Shown in pieces: positions 34,887-44,497 of a stretch of 64,000 nucleotides of DNA. Numbering within the stretch: the first letter of the stretch is position 1; every line of letters begins with the position of its first letter. The translations under genes were made by a program, and so were the position numbers. The notes beneath the pieces were generated by a model. It was not told the DNA's origin and ran no database searches. It saw only the letters and a program-made list of their open reading frames with translations. The DNA comes from a phage, in assembly GCA_019326865.1 (NCBI GenBank), contig GCA_019326865.1_4101.1. One strand, 5' to 3'.

Positions 34887-36299
34887 ATGGCTAAAAGTAA
34901 AAAAACAGAAAATCATAACATCGATAACCAAACGCTAACTCTACTAGATTATAACAGTTCTGATTATGTGAATACCACATCATTAGAGTATTCAATGTAC
35001 ACACTAGACCGTGCAATTCCTGGTATTGATGGTCTAAAGAGTTCACAACGAAAAGCAATTTTCACATTATCTAAAATCAGTGGCGAAATTAAAACAGTAT
35101 CATGTGCTGGTAAAATGATCAGTGATGGTATCTATCTTCATGGGGATACATCTGCATCAGGAACACTTCAGAACTTAGCATCACCAGTAGCCAATAATTA
35201 TCCACTAATAGGTAAACGTGGTGGATTTGGTACACAAGTAAATAGCACACCAGCTTCTGCTCGTTATACGTATGTAAAGAAGAATAAAAGTACTGAAATG
35301 CTCGTGTTACGTGATGCTGATATTATTCCAATGAAAGAGAACTATGATGGGACAACATACGAGCCTGTTCACTTCTTGCCTATTATTCCATTATCATTAT
35401 TTGGTAATGATAGTATGTCAGTTGGGTATAAAAGTACAATCCTACCACATAAAATTGAAGATATTATTGACAATTGTATTCGTGCTATTGATAAAAAACC
35501 ACTAAAAGAAATGACACCATACTATGTGTCATGTGGTGCAAGTGATGTAGTAACAAAGCTTGATGAAAATAAGTACGAGTTTTATGGTAAAGCACAAGTT
35601 ATTGATGCCAGCACTGTTAAAGTGACAGGCTTACCACCAAATTATAGTATTGAGAAGTTCATTGAGAAGCTCATTAAAATGTGCGATGATGGAGAGATAC
35701 GTGACTATGATAATAACAGTACTGATGTAATTGATATTACCATTAAACTACCACGTGGAACATCAGCTAAATGGACAGAGAAAGATGTTATTGATTATTT
35801 TGGAATTAACAAAAAGATCACACAACATTTAACTGTCTTAGGTGAAAATGGTAAAGTGAAAGTTTACGATACAACAATGGATTTGATTAAAGACTTCGTG
35901 AATTTCCGTTTCAAATATTACATCAAGCGTTATGAAAAGAAACTTGATGATTGTGCTGCTGAAGTTCGTTATAAAGTTCTAATTAAAGAATGTTTCGATA
36001 ATGATATGATTGCTAAGGTAAAAGGATTTGCCAACCGTGCGGAGATGGTTGAATTCGTTAAATCATTAAATGTCGAAATTCAAGCAACTGAAGATAATAT
36101 TCAAAGTATTGTAAACTTCCCTTCATATCGCTGGACACAAGATAATTATCAATCAGTTCTACAAGATATCCAGGACAATCTTGATTTGATGGATAAGTAC
36201 AATGAACTACTATCTAATCATGACTTAATTTGGGATATCTACAAATCTGAACTCAAAGAACTAAAAAAAACTGACTTTACTCCTAAATCAGACAATTGA
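34887..36299 (+). CDS. type II DNA topoisomerase subunit (GyrA-like, T4 gp52-type)
   Basis: Breakage-reunion motifs LDRAIPGIDGLKSSQRK and active-site region SARYTYV; 470 aa. Confidence 0.75.
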   Translation: MAKSKKTENHNIDNQTLTLLDYNSSDYVNTTSLEYSMYTLDRAIPGIDGLKSSQRKAIFTLSKISGEIKTVSCAGKMISDGIYLHGDTSASGTLQNLASPVANNYPLIGKRGGFGTQVNSTPASARYTYVKKNKSTEMLVLRDADIIPMKENYDGTTYEPVHFLPIIPLSLFGNDSMSVGYKSTILPHKIEDIIDNCIRAIDKKPLKEMTPYYVSCGASDVVTKLDENKYEFYGKAQVIDASTVKVTGLPPNYSIEKFIEKLIKMCDDGEIRDYDNNSTDVIDITIKLPRGTSAKWTEKDVIDYFGINKKITQHLTVLGENGKVKVYDTTMDLIKDFVNFRFKYYIKRYEKKLDDCAAEVRYKVLIKECFDNDMIAKVKGFANRAEMVEFVKSLNVEIQATEDNIQSIVNFPSYRWTQDNYQSVLQDIQDNLDLMDKYNELLSNHDLIWDIYKSELKELKKTDFTPKSDN

Positions 36300-36308
36300 T
36301 ATATTAAT

Positions 36309-36335
36309 GGAAGACCTTACTGGTCTTCCTTGTCC
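36309..36335 (+). terminator. rho-independent terminator
   Basis: ggaagacc-ttac-tggtcttcc hairpin then T-rich run. Confidence 0.6.
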
Positions 36336-36385
36336 TTTATATAAATAATCTATAGATAATGGTAGCTTGGCTATGGAGAATTACA

Positions 36386-38779
36386 ATGACAACTTTTACC
36401 CCACGCTGGGACATAAAAGCCGATGCTCGATATATACAAGAAGGACAAGACATTCTTGTGCGTTTGAGTATCAATAAAAAAAGCACAACGGATGATAGAT
36501 ATGTATTAAATGAAGAAGAATACTTAGAGATGATTCTTAATATACAATGCTTGGATAGTTCAGGTGCTGTATTTGATCCAGAACCACATTATACTTTTTA
36601 TGTTGGTAATGATGAAAATAGTTTTGTTCCGATTTCTGATGGAACTACTGGTAATAAATTGGTAAATGGTAAGCATAAATGTAAAATTAGCAAAAAAGAA
36701 TTTAACTTATCAGCAAACACTAATAGTGAAGATGTATATTTTATAAAAATCCACTGCAAAAATGATGGAACCTATAACAATACAGAAGTTATTAATTTTT
36801 ATTTGCAAGCAGTAAATGTTATGTATTATGGTAATATCTCACCAAGTGGTGTATTAGGTTCAACCGATGTTACATTAACATATGATAGTCAGGAAGTTTG
36901 GGTTACGCCTGGAGTTGAAATTGGTGATGATAATAAGCTTTATTGTATTGGTGATGTTGAATACGGTTCAAACAGCACACTATTTGTACAAGGATTTGGT
37001 AGAAGACGACCTTTTATATTAGGTACTGACATTACGGATGATATTACACCCCGCGTATTTTTCCCAGCTTATAGATTGCTTGATATGGATATATCAGAAG
37101 TCCCCCAGAAGCATATAACAAAGAATTATGCTGTATTCAAACCAGCACATTCAACATGGCCGATTTCTGGTATAAACAAAGAAGTAAAAGTTAACATTCA
37201 AAATAAGAATGGAAGTCTTATTGATACAGGTATGATTTTTAACCCCAATGGACAATTACTTCAATCATTTTTGTATGACTCTGATGCATGTGATGCATAT
37301 TTTAAAGTTGAGATCGTTGATATATTAAGCACATATTTAGAGGAAAGTGAAAGGTTTGCAATCAATCAACGATATAAAGCATATCAAATGTGGGTATGTC
37401 CTGAAGATATAGATACTATCTATTCTGTTTCAGACAAGCCATTACCCAATCATTTATATCAATTAAAAGATAATGTTGTGTATCCATATGTAATTAGTGG
37501 TGAATATGACAACGGATCACTTAAACCTGTATATGATAGTAGTGATTGGATCGATTTGGGATATTATGACCCTTCTCTTGGTGAGAATATTATTGGTATG
37601 CAAAAAATATTCAGAGTATTGGTTAACGCCGAAGAAGGAAATAATATAAACTTCATCACTGATAGTGACTTAGGGATTATTCATGTCGGTGAATATTTTG
37701 GTAATAGTACTTATCCTAAACTAGAAACTGATAGTACAAGTCAGGTTTCTTATATGTTAGATGGTGGTGATGATATCAGAAAATATGGAATTGACTTGAC
37801 ACCGGATGGGTATCTTATTGGAACAGCATATGCCAAAAGTATTGATTTTAGTCAAAATGATGATATTAAATTATCATTTTATGTTAAAGTATTCAGTACT
37901 GAAGGTGGTGAAGCAAGGAAATTATTCAACCTTAAAATTGTGAGAGGATTTGGACAGAATTATTTGAGTGCACATGTATTACCTTCTGTTGCATTTGAGA
38001 GAGAGTGGTTTAAATGTATTAGTACTTCATCATTCACAAACCAACTTTTTTTCCGTCAATCTGACAACAGATATGGACTTCAAAAAGTACCGAAGATGTT
38101 ATTAAAAGAAAACTTCCTAAGTCAAAATTATCCATATACAAATATTACTGATATTAAAAAAGTATTACGAAAGATTATAGTTAATCCAAATGGAACTACG
38201 ATTCCTAATGGAAAATTTAAAATGGTTATAGGTAATTATAAATTATTATCAGTACTTGACAATCAAGGCAATTTGCAATATGATTTATTATATAGAGAAG
38301 TTTTGCCCGAAGGTTCACTGGTATCAGTATCAAAAAATCCTCGTCAGTATACACAAATAGACAACGGACAACTTGGTGAATTGTTTGGCCTCCGACAAAA
38401 CATATTTCAAGTTATTGGCGAAGATACAACGAACTTGGTCAAAGATCCAACCGATTTACAAAACCGTGGTTTATATGTTGATGCAATACCAAGTGTAAGT
38501 GAAGAAATGCTCGATACTGTTCCTAGGTTCATGAATCATCCATATATTGAAAATGGATTACAGAAAAAATTCATGCCTATAATTCCAGTTGCTTTTTGTC
38601 AACCAGGAAAAGGTGAAGCGTTTTTCAACACTTTACTCCAGAATAATGAACATGGTACAATGGTAGGTCTAGAATTTGAAATCACATCTGTTGAATTCGG
38701 ATACTTTTCACATGAATCAGTTAATTATGTGCCTGATACATTTGTGATTACACTACCAAATAATAACATAGGAGGTTGA
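36386..38779 (+). CDS. large hypothetical protein
   Basis: About 798 aa; start at 36386 after GGAGA RBS (36359 possible); no recognisable motifs. Confidence 0.55.
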   Translation: MTTFTPRWDIKADARYIQEGQDILVRLSINKKSTTDDRYVLNEEEYLEMILNIQCLDSSGAVFDPEPHYTFYVGNDENSFVPISDGTTGNKLVNGKHKCKISKKEFNLSANTNSEDVYFIKIHCKNDGTYNNTEVINFYLQAVNVMYYGNISPSGVLGSTDVTLTYDSQEVWVTPGVEIGDDNKLYCIGDVEYGSNSTLFVQGFGRRRPFILGTDITDDITPRVFFPAYRLLDMDISEVPQKHITKNYAVFKPAHSTWPISGINKEVKVNIQNKNGSLIDTGMIFNPNGQLLQSFLYDSDACDAYFKVEIVDILSTYLEESERFAINQRYKAYQMWVCPEDIDTIYSVSDKPLPNHLYQLKDNVVYPYVISGEYDNGSLKPVYDSSDWIDLGYYDPSLGENIIGMQKIFRVLVNAEEGNNINFITDSDLGIIHVGEYFGNSTYPKLETDSTSQVSYMLDGGDDIRKYGIDLTPDGYLIGTAYAKSIDFSQNDDIKLSFYVKVFSTEGGEARKLFNLKIVRGFGQNYLSAHVLPSVAFEREWFKCISTSSFTNQLFFRQSDNRYGLQKVPKMLLKENFLSQNYPYTNITDIKKVLRKIIVNPNGTTIPNGKFKMVIGNYKLLSVLDNQGNLQYDLLYREVLPEGSLVSVSKNPRQYTQIDNGQLGELFGLRQNIFQVIGEDTTNLVKDPTDLQNRGLYVDAIPSVSEEMLDTVPRFMNHPYIENGLQKKFMPIIPVAFCQPGKGEAFFNTLLQNNEHGTMVGLEFEITSVEFGYFSHESVNYVPDTFVITLPNNNIGG

Positions 38780-38780
38780 C

Positions 38781-39092
38781 ATGTTTAATCCTTTCTTTGA
38801 CCCGTCAGGGATGACCGAAAAGGAACTACAGTTGAAAATTAATGAACAATCAATGCGTTTAACAGCAGCACGTGCTGCTGGGATGAGCAATATGATTATT
38901 GGTAATATGCAAACTGTGTTAAATCAATGTTATGCTGAACTAGAACTTCGTCAAGGACAAAAAGAGAAAAATGTTTATGATGATGAAGGTCCATGTATAT
39001 TTGACATGGATTCCTATCTAACAGATAATGAAGAGGCCCAAAAGAAGAAAAATGAAAGTACAAGGAAACAGATTTATAAGTCCCAATGGTGA
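38781..39092 (+). CDS. hypothetical protein
   Basis: 103-aa ORF; 3' end overlaps next ORF by 65 nt in another frame. Confidence 0.45.
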   Translation: MFNPFFDPSGMTEKELQLKINEQSMRLTAARAAGMSNMIIGNMQTVLNQCYAELELRQGQKEKNVYDDEGPCIFDMDSYLTDNEEAQKKKNESTRKQIYKSQW

Positions 39093-39570
39093 TGTGAAAT
39101 GTAATCTTAATGCAGTTGTTTATGCAATCAACTGTGGTGTAGATATCCAGTACTTGCAATTACAGGAAATTGATGAACCTGAAAGGTTAAAATTCAATGA
39201 TAACTGTAAAAAATTTGGCTTAGAACAACGTATGCTAGATTATACAATAGAACATGATAAAAATCATGAACTTTGGCGTTATGATCCTGTATACGATAAT
39301 ATAAATCTTCGTGATTATTTTTTAGAAAAGTGTACGTCAGATGAAGCACGAAAACGTGTTGAGTATGAACTTGATTTATATGAATATTATAATATGACTA
39401 AGCTATTGAGATGTATGATATGGCTAGTCGATTATATGGAAGAAAATAAGATCTTTTGGGGTCTTGGGCGTGGAAGCTCTGTTGCATCGTATTGTCTGTT
39501 TTTGATTGGTCTACATATGGTAGATTCATTGAAATATGATCTTGATGTTAATGAATTTTTGAAATGGTAG
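39028..39570 (+). CDS. DnaE (Pol III alpha)-like fragment carrying the GRGS motif
   Basis: C-terminal GLGRGSSVASYCLFLIGLHMVDSLKYDLDVNEFL parallels DnaE [34 protein letters not shown]; preceding YELDLYEYYNM resembles DnaE. Start uncertain. Confidence 0.45.
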   Translation: MKRPKRRKMKVQGNRFISPNGDVKCNLNAVVYAINCGVDIQYLQLQEIDEPERLKFNDNCKKFGLEQRMLDYTIEHDKNHELWRYDPVYDNINLRDYFLEKCTSDEARKRVEYELDLYEYYNMTKLLRCMIWLVDYMEENKIFWGLGRGSSVASYCLFLIGLHMVDSLKYDLDVNEFLKW

Positions 39571-39579
39571 AAAAACATG

Positions 39580-39588
39580 TGATATAAT
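39580..39588 (+). promoter_or_regulatory. extended -10 promoter element (TGaTATAAT)
   Basis: tgtgatataatgt, same 13-mer as at 2767. Confidence 0.4.
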
Positions 39589-39636
39589 GTTTGTTACAGA
39601 AGCATTATATCACACATACAATAAAAGGATTTTTAT

Positions 39637-39981
39637 ATGTCTAAACACACAACTTATCGTGGTACAACTATTGATATGGATATGCTCAAGTACCAAAACC
39701 AATACCAAGTTGCATTAGGTAATGCAAACCTAAATGCTCGCGGTGATAAAATTGGTTCCGGTGGTACAATTGTTAAAACTCGTGAAGAGTTACTTCAAGA
39801 AAAAGAACGAGAAATGCAAATTCCTGATTATATTCCTGAGCATCAACTTCATAGCACTGAGCATAGTACTGACGATGTATGGGACGATGAAAGTTTTGAG
39901 GTTAAGCCCGAAGAACAAGAAGTTAAAGTTTCTGAAGAAAAGAAAGCACCACGCCGAGCTAGAATCAAAGATCAGGAGTAA
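39637..39981 (+). CDS. hypothetical protein
   Basis: 114 aa, charged C-terminus; good RBS. Confidence 0.5.
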   Translation: MSKHTTYRGTTIDMDMLKYQNQYQVALGNANLNARGDKIGSGGTIVKTREELLQEKEREMQIPDYIPEHQLHSTEHSTDDVWDDESFEVKPEEQEVKVSEEKKAPRRARIKDQE

Positions 39982-39989
39982 TATATTAA

Positions 39990-40316
39990 ATGACTAAAAA
40001 AGTAATGACAGCATGTAAAGGTAAAGTTTTAGTAACTGAACTTGAACATGGTGAACGTAAAACAGCAGGTGGTATTGTTTTAACAAACGATGATGGTAAA
40101 ATTCGAGGTATTCGCTCCCGCTGGGCTAGAGTTTATTCTGTCGGTGAGGACATTACCGATATCAAAGAAGGACAATGGATTTTAATCGATCATGGACGAT
40201 GGTCCAGAACGATTGAAGTTGATGGTATCGAATTGAACTTAGTTGATTACCCTGCTGCTGTTAGTTTGGTGTCAGATGAAGACCCCCGAACTAAAATGCT
40301 GACATTTGGACGTTAA
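39990..40316 (+). CDS. groES: GroES-like co-chaperonin (T4 gp31-type)
   Basis: KTAGGIVL, GIRSRWARVYSVGED and WILIDHGRWS fit GroES pattern; 108 aa. Confidence 0.6.
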   Translation: MTKKVMTACKGKVLVTELEHGERKTAGGIVLTNDDGKIRGIRSRWARVYSVGEDITDIKEGQWILIDHGRWSRTIEVDGIELNLVDYPAAVSLVSDEDPRTKMLTFGR

Positions 40317-40359
40317 TATAATATAATTAAAGCTCGGAATAATTTCTGGGCTTTTTATT

Positions 40360-40641
40360 TTGGACACTTTTATGATAACGGATGATGGAAAATTTAGTTT
40401 TAAAGATGTAACATTGATATCAAAAAACGGAAGATTCATGTTTGAAGATAGAAAAAATACCAAATATGTGTATGAAGTTTCCCATGATATGTTTAAAGTT
40501 TTATTAGTTGCTGCTGCCCAAGCTGAAAGTTCTGGGATTAAAAATAAAGCAAACTCTTTTAATTTTTTATTTAATCAACTAGAAATGACAGAAGAACTTT
40601 TTACGGCTTTATTGTATAATTCAGCCGATTGGATTCTATAA
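40360..40641 (+). CDS. hypothetical protein
   Basis: 93-aa ORF. Confidence 0.45.
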   Translation: MDTFMITDDGKFSFKDVTLISKNGRFMFEDRKNTKYVYEVSHDMFKVLLVAAAQAESSGIKNKANSFNFLFNQLEMTEELFTALLYNSADWIL

Positions 40642-40665
40642 CACGTACACAGAAGGAAATATAAA

Positions 40666-41619
40666 ATGACCACACTTTGGACTGAAAAATATCGCCCACA
40701 ATCAATGGAAGATTATGTATCAAAAAATGATGCCCTACGCCAGAAAATGGAAGAATGGATTAAAACTGGTGATATTCCACATATTGGTTTTTTTGGCCCA
40801 GCCGGAACTGGTAAAACATCTGCAATTAAAGTTCTTATTAATGGGTTAGTTCAAAATGGACACTTAGACCCAAGTGATGTAACAACACTTAATATGTCAG
40901 ATGAAGGTATTGATGCTGTACGTGATAAAATCGATGCAGCAGCTAAACTATCATGTTTTGGTAGATATCGTATTTTTGTTCTTGAAGAAATGGAGCAGAT
41001 GAATCATAAAGCACAAGGTAGCTTGAAACGTGTAATGGAGGATTATCATGAAAATGCTCGCTTTATTTTAACAAGTAATGAACCACATAAAATTCAAAAG
41101 CCTATCATTTCCCGTGTTCAAGTCATCACTATTGAAAAGCATGACATGGAACAGTTCATGACTAGAATTTACAATATCCTTCTCGCCGAAGGTGTTGACC
41201 TGAGTAGTGATGATAGTGTTGAACAAGTTCAAAAGTACATTAATGCTTCTTATCCTGATTTTCGTAAAACGTTAAACGTATTGCAAAGCTCTGTAGTTGA
41301 TGGTAAACTAGTAAAACTAGAAGATAGTATTGAAAATTCAGCGGGATACCGCACTGCAATCATTGATGCATTGAAGGCGGGAAATATTCGTCAAATGCGA
41401 GAACAGATTGTTCAATCTATTCCTGATGATGAAATGGATGCATTTTTCTCTTACTTATACAGAAATGCTGAAATGTTCAGTACTGATGAAATTACTCTTA
41501 TGAAAATCAAGGTTAAGATTCGTGATGCTGTTGTAAAACAAGCAACTGTATCTGACCGTGAAATGAATCTCAGTGCATTACTGTGTGAAATTGACCTAAT
41601 TTGTTCGGGGAACATGTAA
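40666..41619 (+). CDS. clamp loader ATPase (RFC/gp44-like)
   Basis: Walker A FFGPAGTGKTS, Walker B-like FVLEEMEQM, SRVQ sensor motif; 317 aa. Confidence 0.75.
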   Translation: MTTLWTEKYRPQSMEDYVSKNDALRQKMEEWIKTGDIPHIGFFGPAGTGKTSAIKVLINGLVQNGHLDPSDVTTLNMSDEGIDAVRDKIDAAAKLSCFGRYRIFVLEEMEQMNHKAQGSLKRVMEDYHENARFILTSNEPHKIQKPIISRVQVITIEKHDMEQFMTRIYNILLAEGVDLSSDDSVEQVQKYINASYPDFRKTLNVLQSSVVDGKLVKLEDSIENSAGYRTAIIDALKAGNIRQMREQIVQSIPDDEMDAFFSYLYRNAEMFSTDEITLMKIKVKIRDAVVKQATVSDREMNLSALLCEIDLICSGNM

Positions 41620-42245
41620 TGAAAGACCGTTGTATTGTATTCGACTGCGACGAAGTACTGCTAGATCACATTGGCTCATTGGAAGAATATGCAAAACTTC
41701 AGTATGATATCAACCCAACAACACCATACCCACTTGCCTATGATTTATCAGAATGGTTTGGTGTTTCAAAAGAGAAAGTGCAAGAGATCATAACCGAATT
41801 CAATCAACGCTCGTATATGTTTGGTTTACTAAAACCATTGGAACCAAACACTGTAAGTATTATGCATGAAATTCGTGATCGCTTTTACAAGGAAAAATTC
41901 ATCGTACTTACCAAGTGTGGCAAGAAAGGCTATAGTGAAGTTCTTCGCAATACCAATCTTATGCACGTGTTCGGTGAATCATGTTTTGATGAAATCATCA
42001 TTATTGAAATGAATGAATCTAAACGCAAAGCACTAGAAGAATTAAAAGAACGTTATGACGTAAAACTTATGATTGATGATTATATCAATAATATTGAAAC
42101 ATCAATGGAATTGGGTATTCCATCAGTTATGATGCGTGCTTCCCATAATCACATGTATAAGAACGGTTCTGGATATGACTATGTGAATAACTGGGATGAG
42201 CTACGTTTGAAAATCTACTCAGTACTATCAAAATACTACCAATAA
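41619..42245 (+). CDS. HAD-superfamily 5'(3')-deoxyribonucleotidase-like protein
   Basis: N-terminal FDCDEVLLD (DxDxV motif I), later LMIDDY; ATG overlaps upstream stop. Confidence 0.5.
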   Translation: MKDRCIVFDCDEVLLDHIGSLEEYAKLQYDINPTTPYPLAYDLSEWFGVSKEKVQEIITEFNQRSYMFGLLKPLEPNTVSIMHEIRDRFYKEKFIVLTKCGKKGYSEVLRNTNLMHVFGESCFDEIIIIEMNESKRKALEELKERYDVKLMIDDYINNIETSMELGIPSVMMRASHNHMYKNGSGYDYVNNWDELRLKIYSVLSKYYQ

Positions 42246-42259
42246 TAAAGTAAAATATA

Positions 42260-42285
42260 GGGGATTATTTAATCCCCTTTTGATG
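42260..42285 (+). terminator. rho-independent terminator
   Basis: ggggatt-attt-aatcccc hairpin plus TTTT. Confidence 0.7.
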
Positions 42286-42342
42286 TTTTTTAAAAGTAGT
42301 AAATAGTATTATATGTGCTAGTTTTTAAGGATAATATAAAAT

Positions 42343-42906
42343 ATGGACGATTTAGATTATACAGATAATGCTATTCAGCAATTGTATGATAACAGTGGTA
42401 TGTTAGATATACTTCTTGCTGTAGAGAAATATTTCGATGATAATGATTTATATGCGTATAAAGGAATTATTGAGGGTGAGTTGGTAGAGGGACCAATCGT
42501 AAGTAAGTATTGGTGTACTGTAACATTTAAATACTATCGTGAAAATTTCCCCGATCCTACAGCATTCTCCATTTTGGAGAAACATGGCACGAAAGTATAT
42601 GTCAAAGCTGATTATGAAATAACACCAATCCAAGAACCAAATCGCCAAGCTGATATGAAAAGCATTGCGACACAATCTGGTTCTGTGCGTATTCCAAAAA
42701 ATGAAAGAATTCCAGTTCTGTTGGTTAGAGTTCAAATTCCAAGAAACTTAATTAATCCAGAAAGTTTTGATGAATATAAACTTATGGCATCTGAATTTAA
42801 TAGTAATCCTATGAATTCTCCCGAAAATACAGAGGAACCAGTTACAGGTGGTGATGTTGATTTGGACGTCGATGTAAATGATGATATGCAAGAAGGTGGA
42901 ATGTAA
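42343..42906 (+). CDS. hypothetical protein
   Basis: 187 aa, acidic C-terminus. Confidence 0.5.
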   Translation: MDDLDYTDNAIQQLYDNSGMLDILLAVEKYFDDNDLYAYKGIIEGELVEGPIVSKYWCTVTFKYYRENFPDPTAFSILEKHGTKVYVKADYEITPIQEPNRQADMKSIATQSGSVRIPKNERIPVLLVRVQIPRNLINPESFDEYKLMASEFNSNPMNSPENTEEPVTGGDVDLDVDVNDDMQEGGM

Positions 42907-43586
42907 TGAAAAAGAAATTAAATGAACAGGGATTACGCCCACAGGTTCTTAAAGATTTGATTCATCCTATTATTAGTGTTGACGAATATACTCCTAAAAT
43001 TGAAGATAGTAATATCGTTATTATGTTCCAGGTTCTAAATAATTTTGATGCCGCATATGATTTATCTTCTTTTATTGAAAAATCACCAATTGATGCAATC
43101 GACACAGAGGCAGCAGAAACCCCTAATTTGGATGGTCGATATCAAGTTTATGTTGAAATGGAACGCAATGCGGAGTTCCCTGAAAAACTATTACGTTTAA
43201 TCAAAACAATTGAAAACATTTGCCCAGATCCCGGCTGGAAAATTCAACTATATGGTGTTAATGATCCTATTGATGTTGATTTTGAAGAAATACAGCAGAG
43301 AATTGATTTAGGTATTCCAAGTTCAATTAGTGAGTTTCTTGACTATGCAGGTGTTTCTGCAATTAAAGAAGGTAATATGTTGACACTAAAAACTGCATAT
43401 GGTAAATTACATTATAGCACTGGAAGCGGTTTTGTTTCAGAAACATATGTGAAAAAGTTATTAAAGAATGATACACAATTAGACACTTCGCGTCTTAGTT
43501 CCATACTAGGGGAAAGCTATACAGTACTACGAAGTGGTGATCAATATGTAATTGGAAGGAATGGGAAATATTTGGTGTTGCGATGA
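42906..43586 (+). CDS. hypothetical protein
   Basis: 226-aa ORF, start overlaps upstream stop. Confidence 0.5.
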   Translation: MKKKLNEQGLRPQVLKDLIHPIISVDEYTPKIEDSNIVIMFQVLNNFDAAYDLSSFIEKSPIDAIDTEAAETPNLDGRYQVYVEMERNAEFPEKLLRLIKTIENICPDPGWKIQLYGVNDPIDVDFEEIQQRIDLGIPSSISEFLDYAGVSAIKEGNMLTLKTAYGKLHYSTGSGFVSETYVKKLLKNDTQLDTSRLSSILGESYTVLRSGDQYVIGRNGKYLVLR

Positions 43587-44401
43587 GAATTTTAAATATG
43601 CTTAAATCTCTTCACGAAACAACCAAATTACATCAGGATGAAAAGTATCGTCGCAGTCTTACTAAAGATTTAGCATGTCGTATGTATATGCGTAGATTTG
43701 AAATTTCAAGAATTGGTAAAGGATGGGACGATGTAAATCGCGAAGACATTGATCCAGATGCAATTTTTAAAGCATACATGGCTAGAAAAGTTTTCATAAA
43801 TGAAAAAACTTTTTATATTGATAGTGATAGAGAATTAGAAAATAAATTTACAAAAGGTTTATGGAAGATATGGTGTGTTGAAGTATTCGGTGAAGTATTA
43901 CCTGAGCCACCTGTCCCAGAAACTTATAAAGACTTAAAAAGTATTTTTGATAATGAACATATACATTCAAATTTCTCGTTATATGATACTGTGTCAGAAG
44001 CTGTATTTTATGGTGAGTTACATGGTCATAACAAATACTTTGATAGTATGGTTAGTTTTGATTTGTTTTGTCACTTGCCTGGTGTATCAAGTTGGACATG
44101 TGACCAACACAGAGCAAGTAAGATTGATAAGCGAAAATTCTCGGCCCAAAGATTTATGCAAGTTGCTATGAGTATGTATAAACTTGATTATCTTGGTTGT
44201 CCAGAACCATATAAACATTTTTGGAAAGAAAGAGCACAAAAATGTTTAAACTATTGTATAATCCGTTTAATGAACACATACATTCTTAAGTTTAGAAATG
44301 CAACTGTATACGACATGCCTGAACCACCAAAGAATGAAAAATATCCACCTGTCAAGACATTTGTATGGTACAAGGATAAAAGTAACAAAAGGATGCACTA
44401 A
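43583..44401 (+). CDS. hypothetical protein
   Basis: 272-aa ORF. Confidence 0.5.
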   Translation: MRILNMLKSLHETTKLHQDEKYRRSLTKDLACRMYMRRFEISRIGKGWDDVNREDIDPDAIFKAYMARKVFINEKTFYIDSDRELENKFTKGLWKIWCVEVFGEVLPEPPVPETYKDLKSIFDNEHIHSNFSLYDTVSEAVFYGELHGHNKYFDSMVSFDLFCHLPGVSSWTCDQHRASKIDKRKFSAQRFMQVAMSMYKLDYLGCPEPYKHFWKERAQKCLNYCIIRLMNTYILKFRNATVYDMPEPPKNEKYPPVKTFVWYKDKSNKRMH

Positions 44402-44427
44402 GGTGTGTCCTTTTTTCTTTTCAGGTG

Positions 44428-44456
44428 TTGACATGCATAGACGAAGTCTGTACAAT
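44428..44456 (+). promoter_or_regulatory. sigma70-type promoter (TTGACA-17-TACAAT)
   Basis: Consensus -35, 17-nt spacer, near-consensus -10; 40 nt upstream of start at 44498. Confidence 0.6.
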
Positions 44457-44497
44457 AACTACATCGCGTGAATTTTAATTGATTATGAGGTTTTATA

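Noticed and set aside
39734-39997. 87-aa ORF in an alternative frame of 39637..39981
   Set aside because: Same-strand overlapping frame with K/L-rich low-complexity translation; the RBS supports 39637.
43947-44171. 74-aa ORF in an alternative frame of 43583..44401
   Set aside because: Internal to a longer same-strand ORF; hydrophobic low-complexity translation typical of an off-frame AT-rich read.
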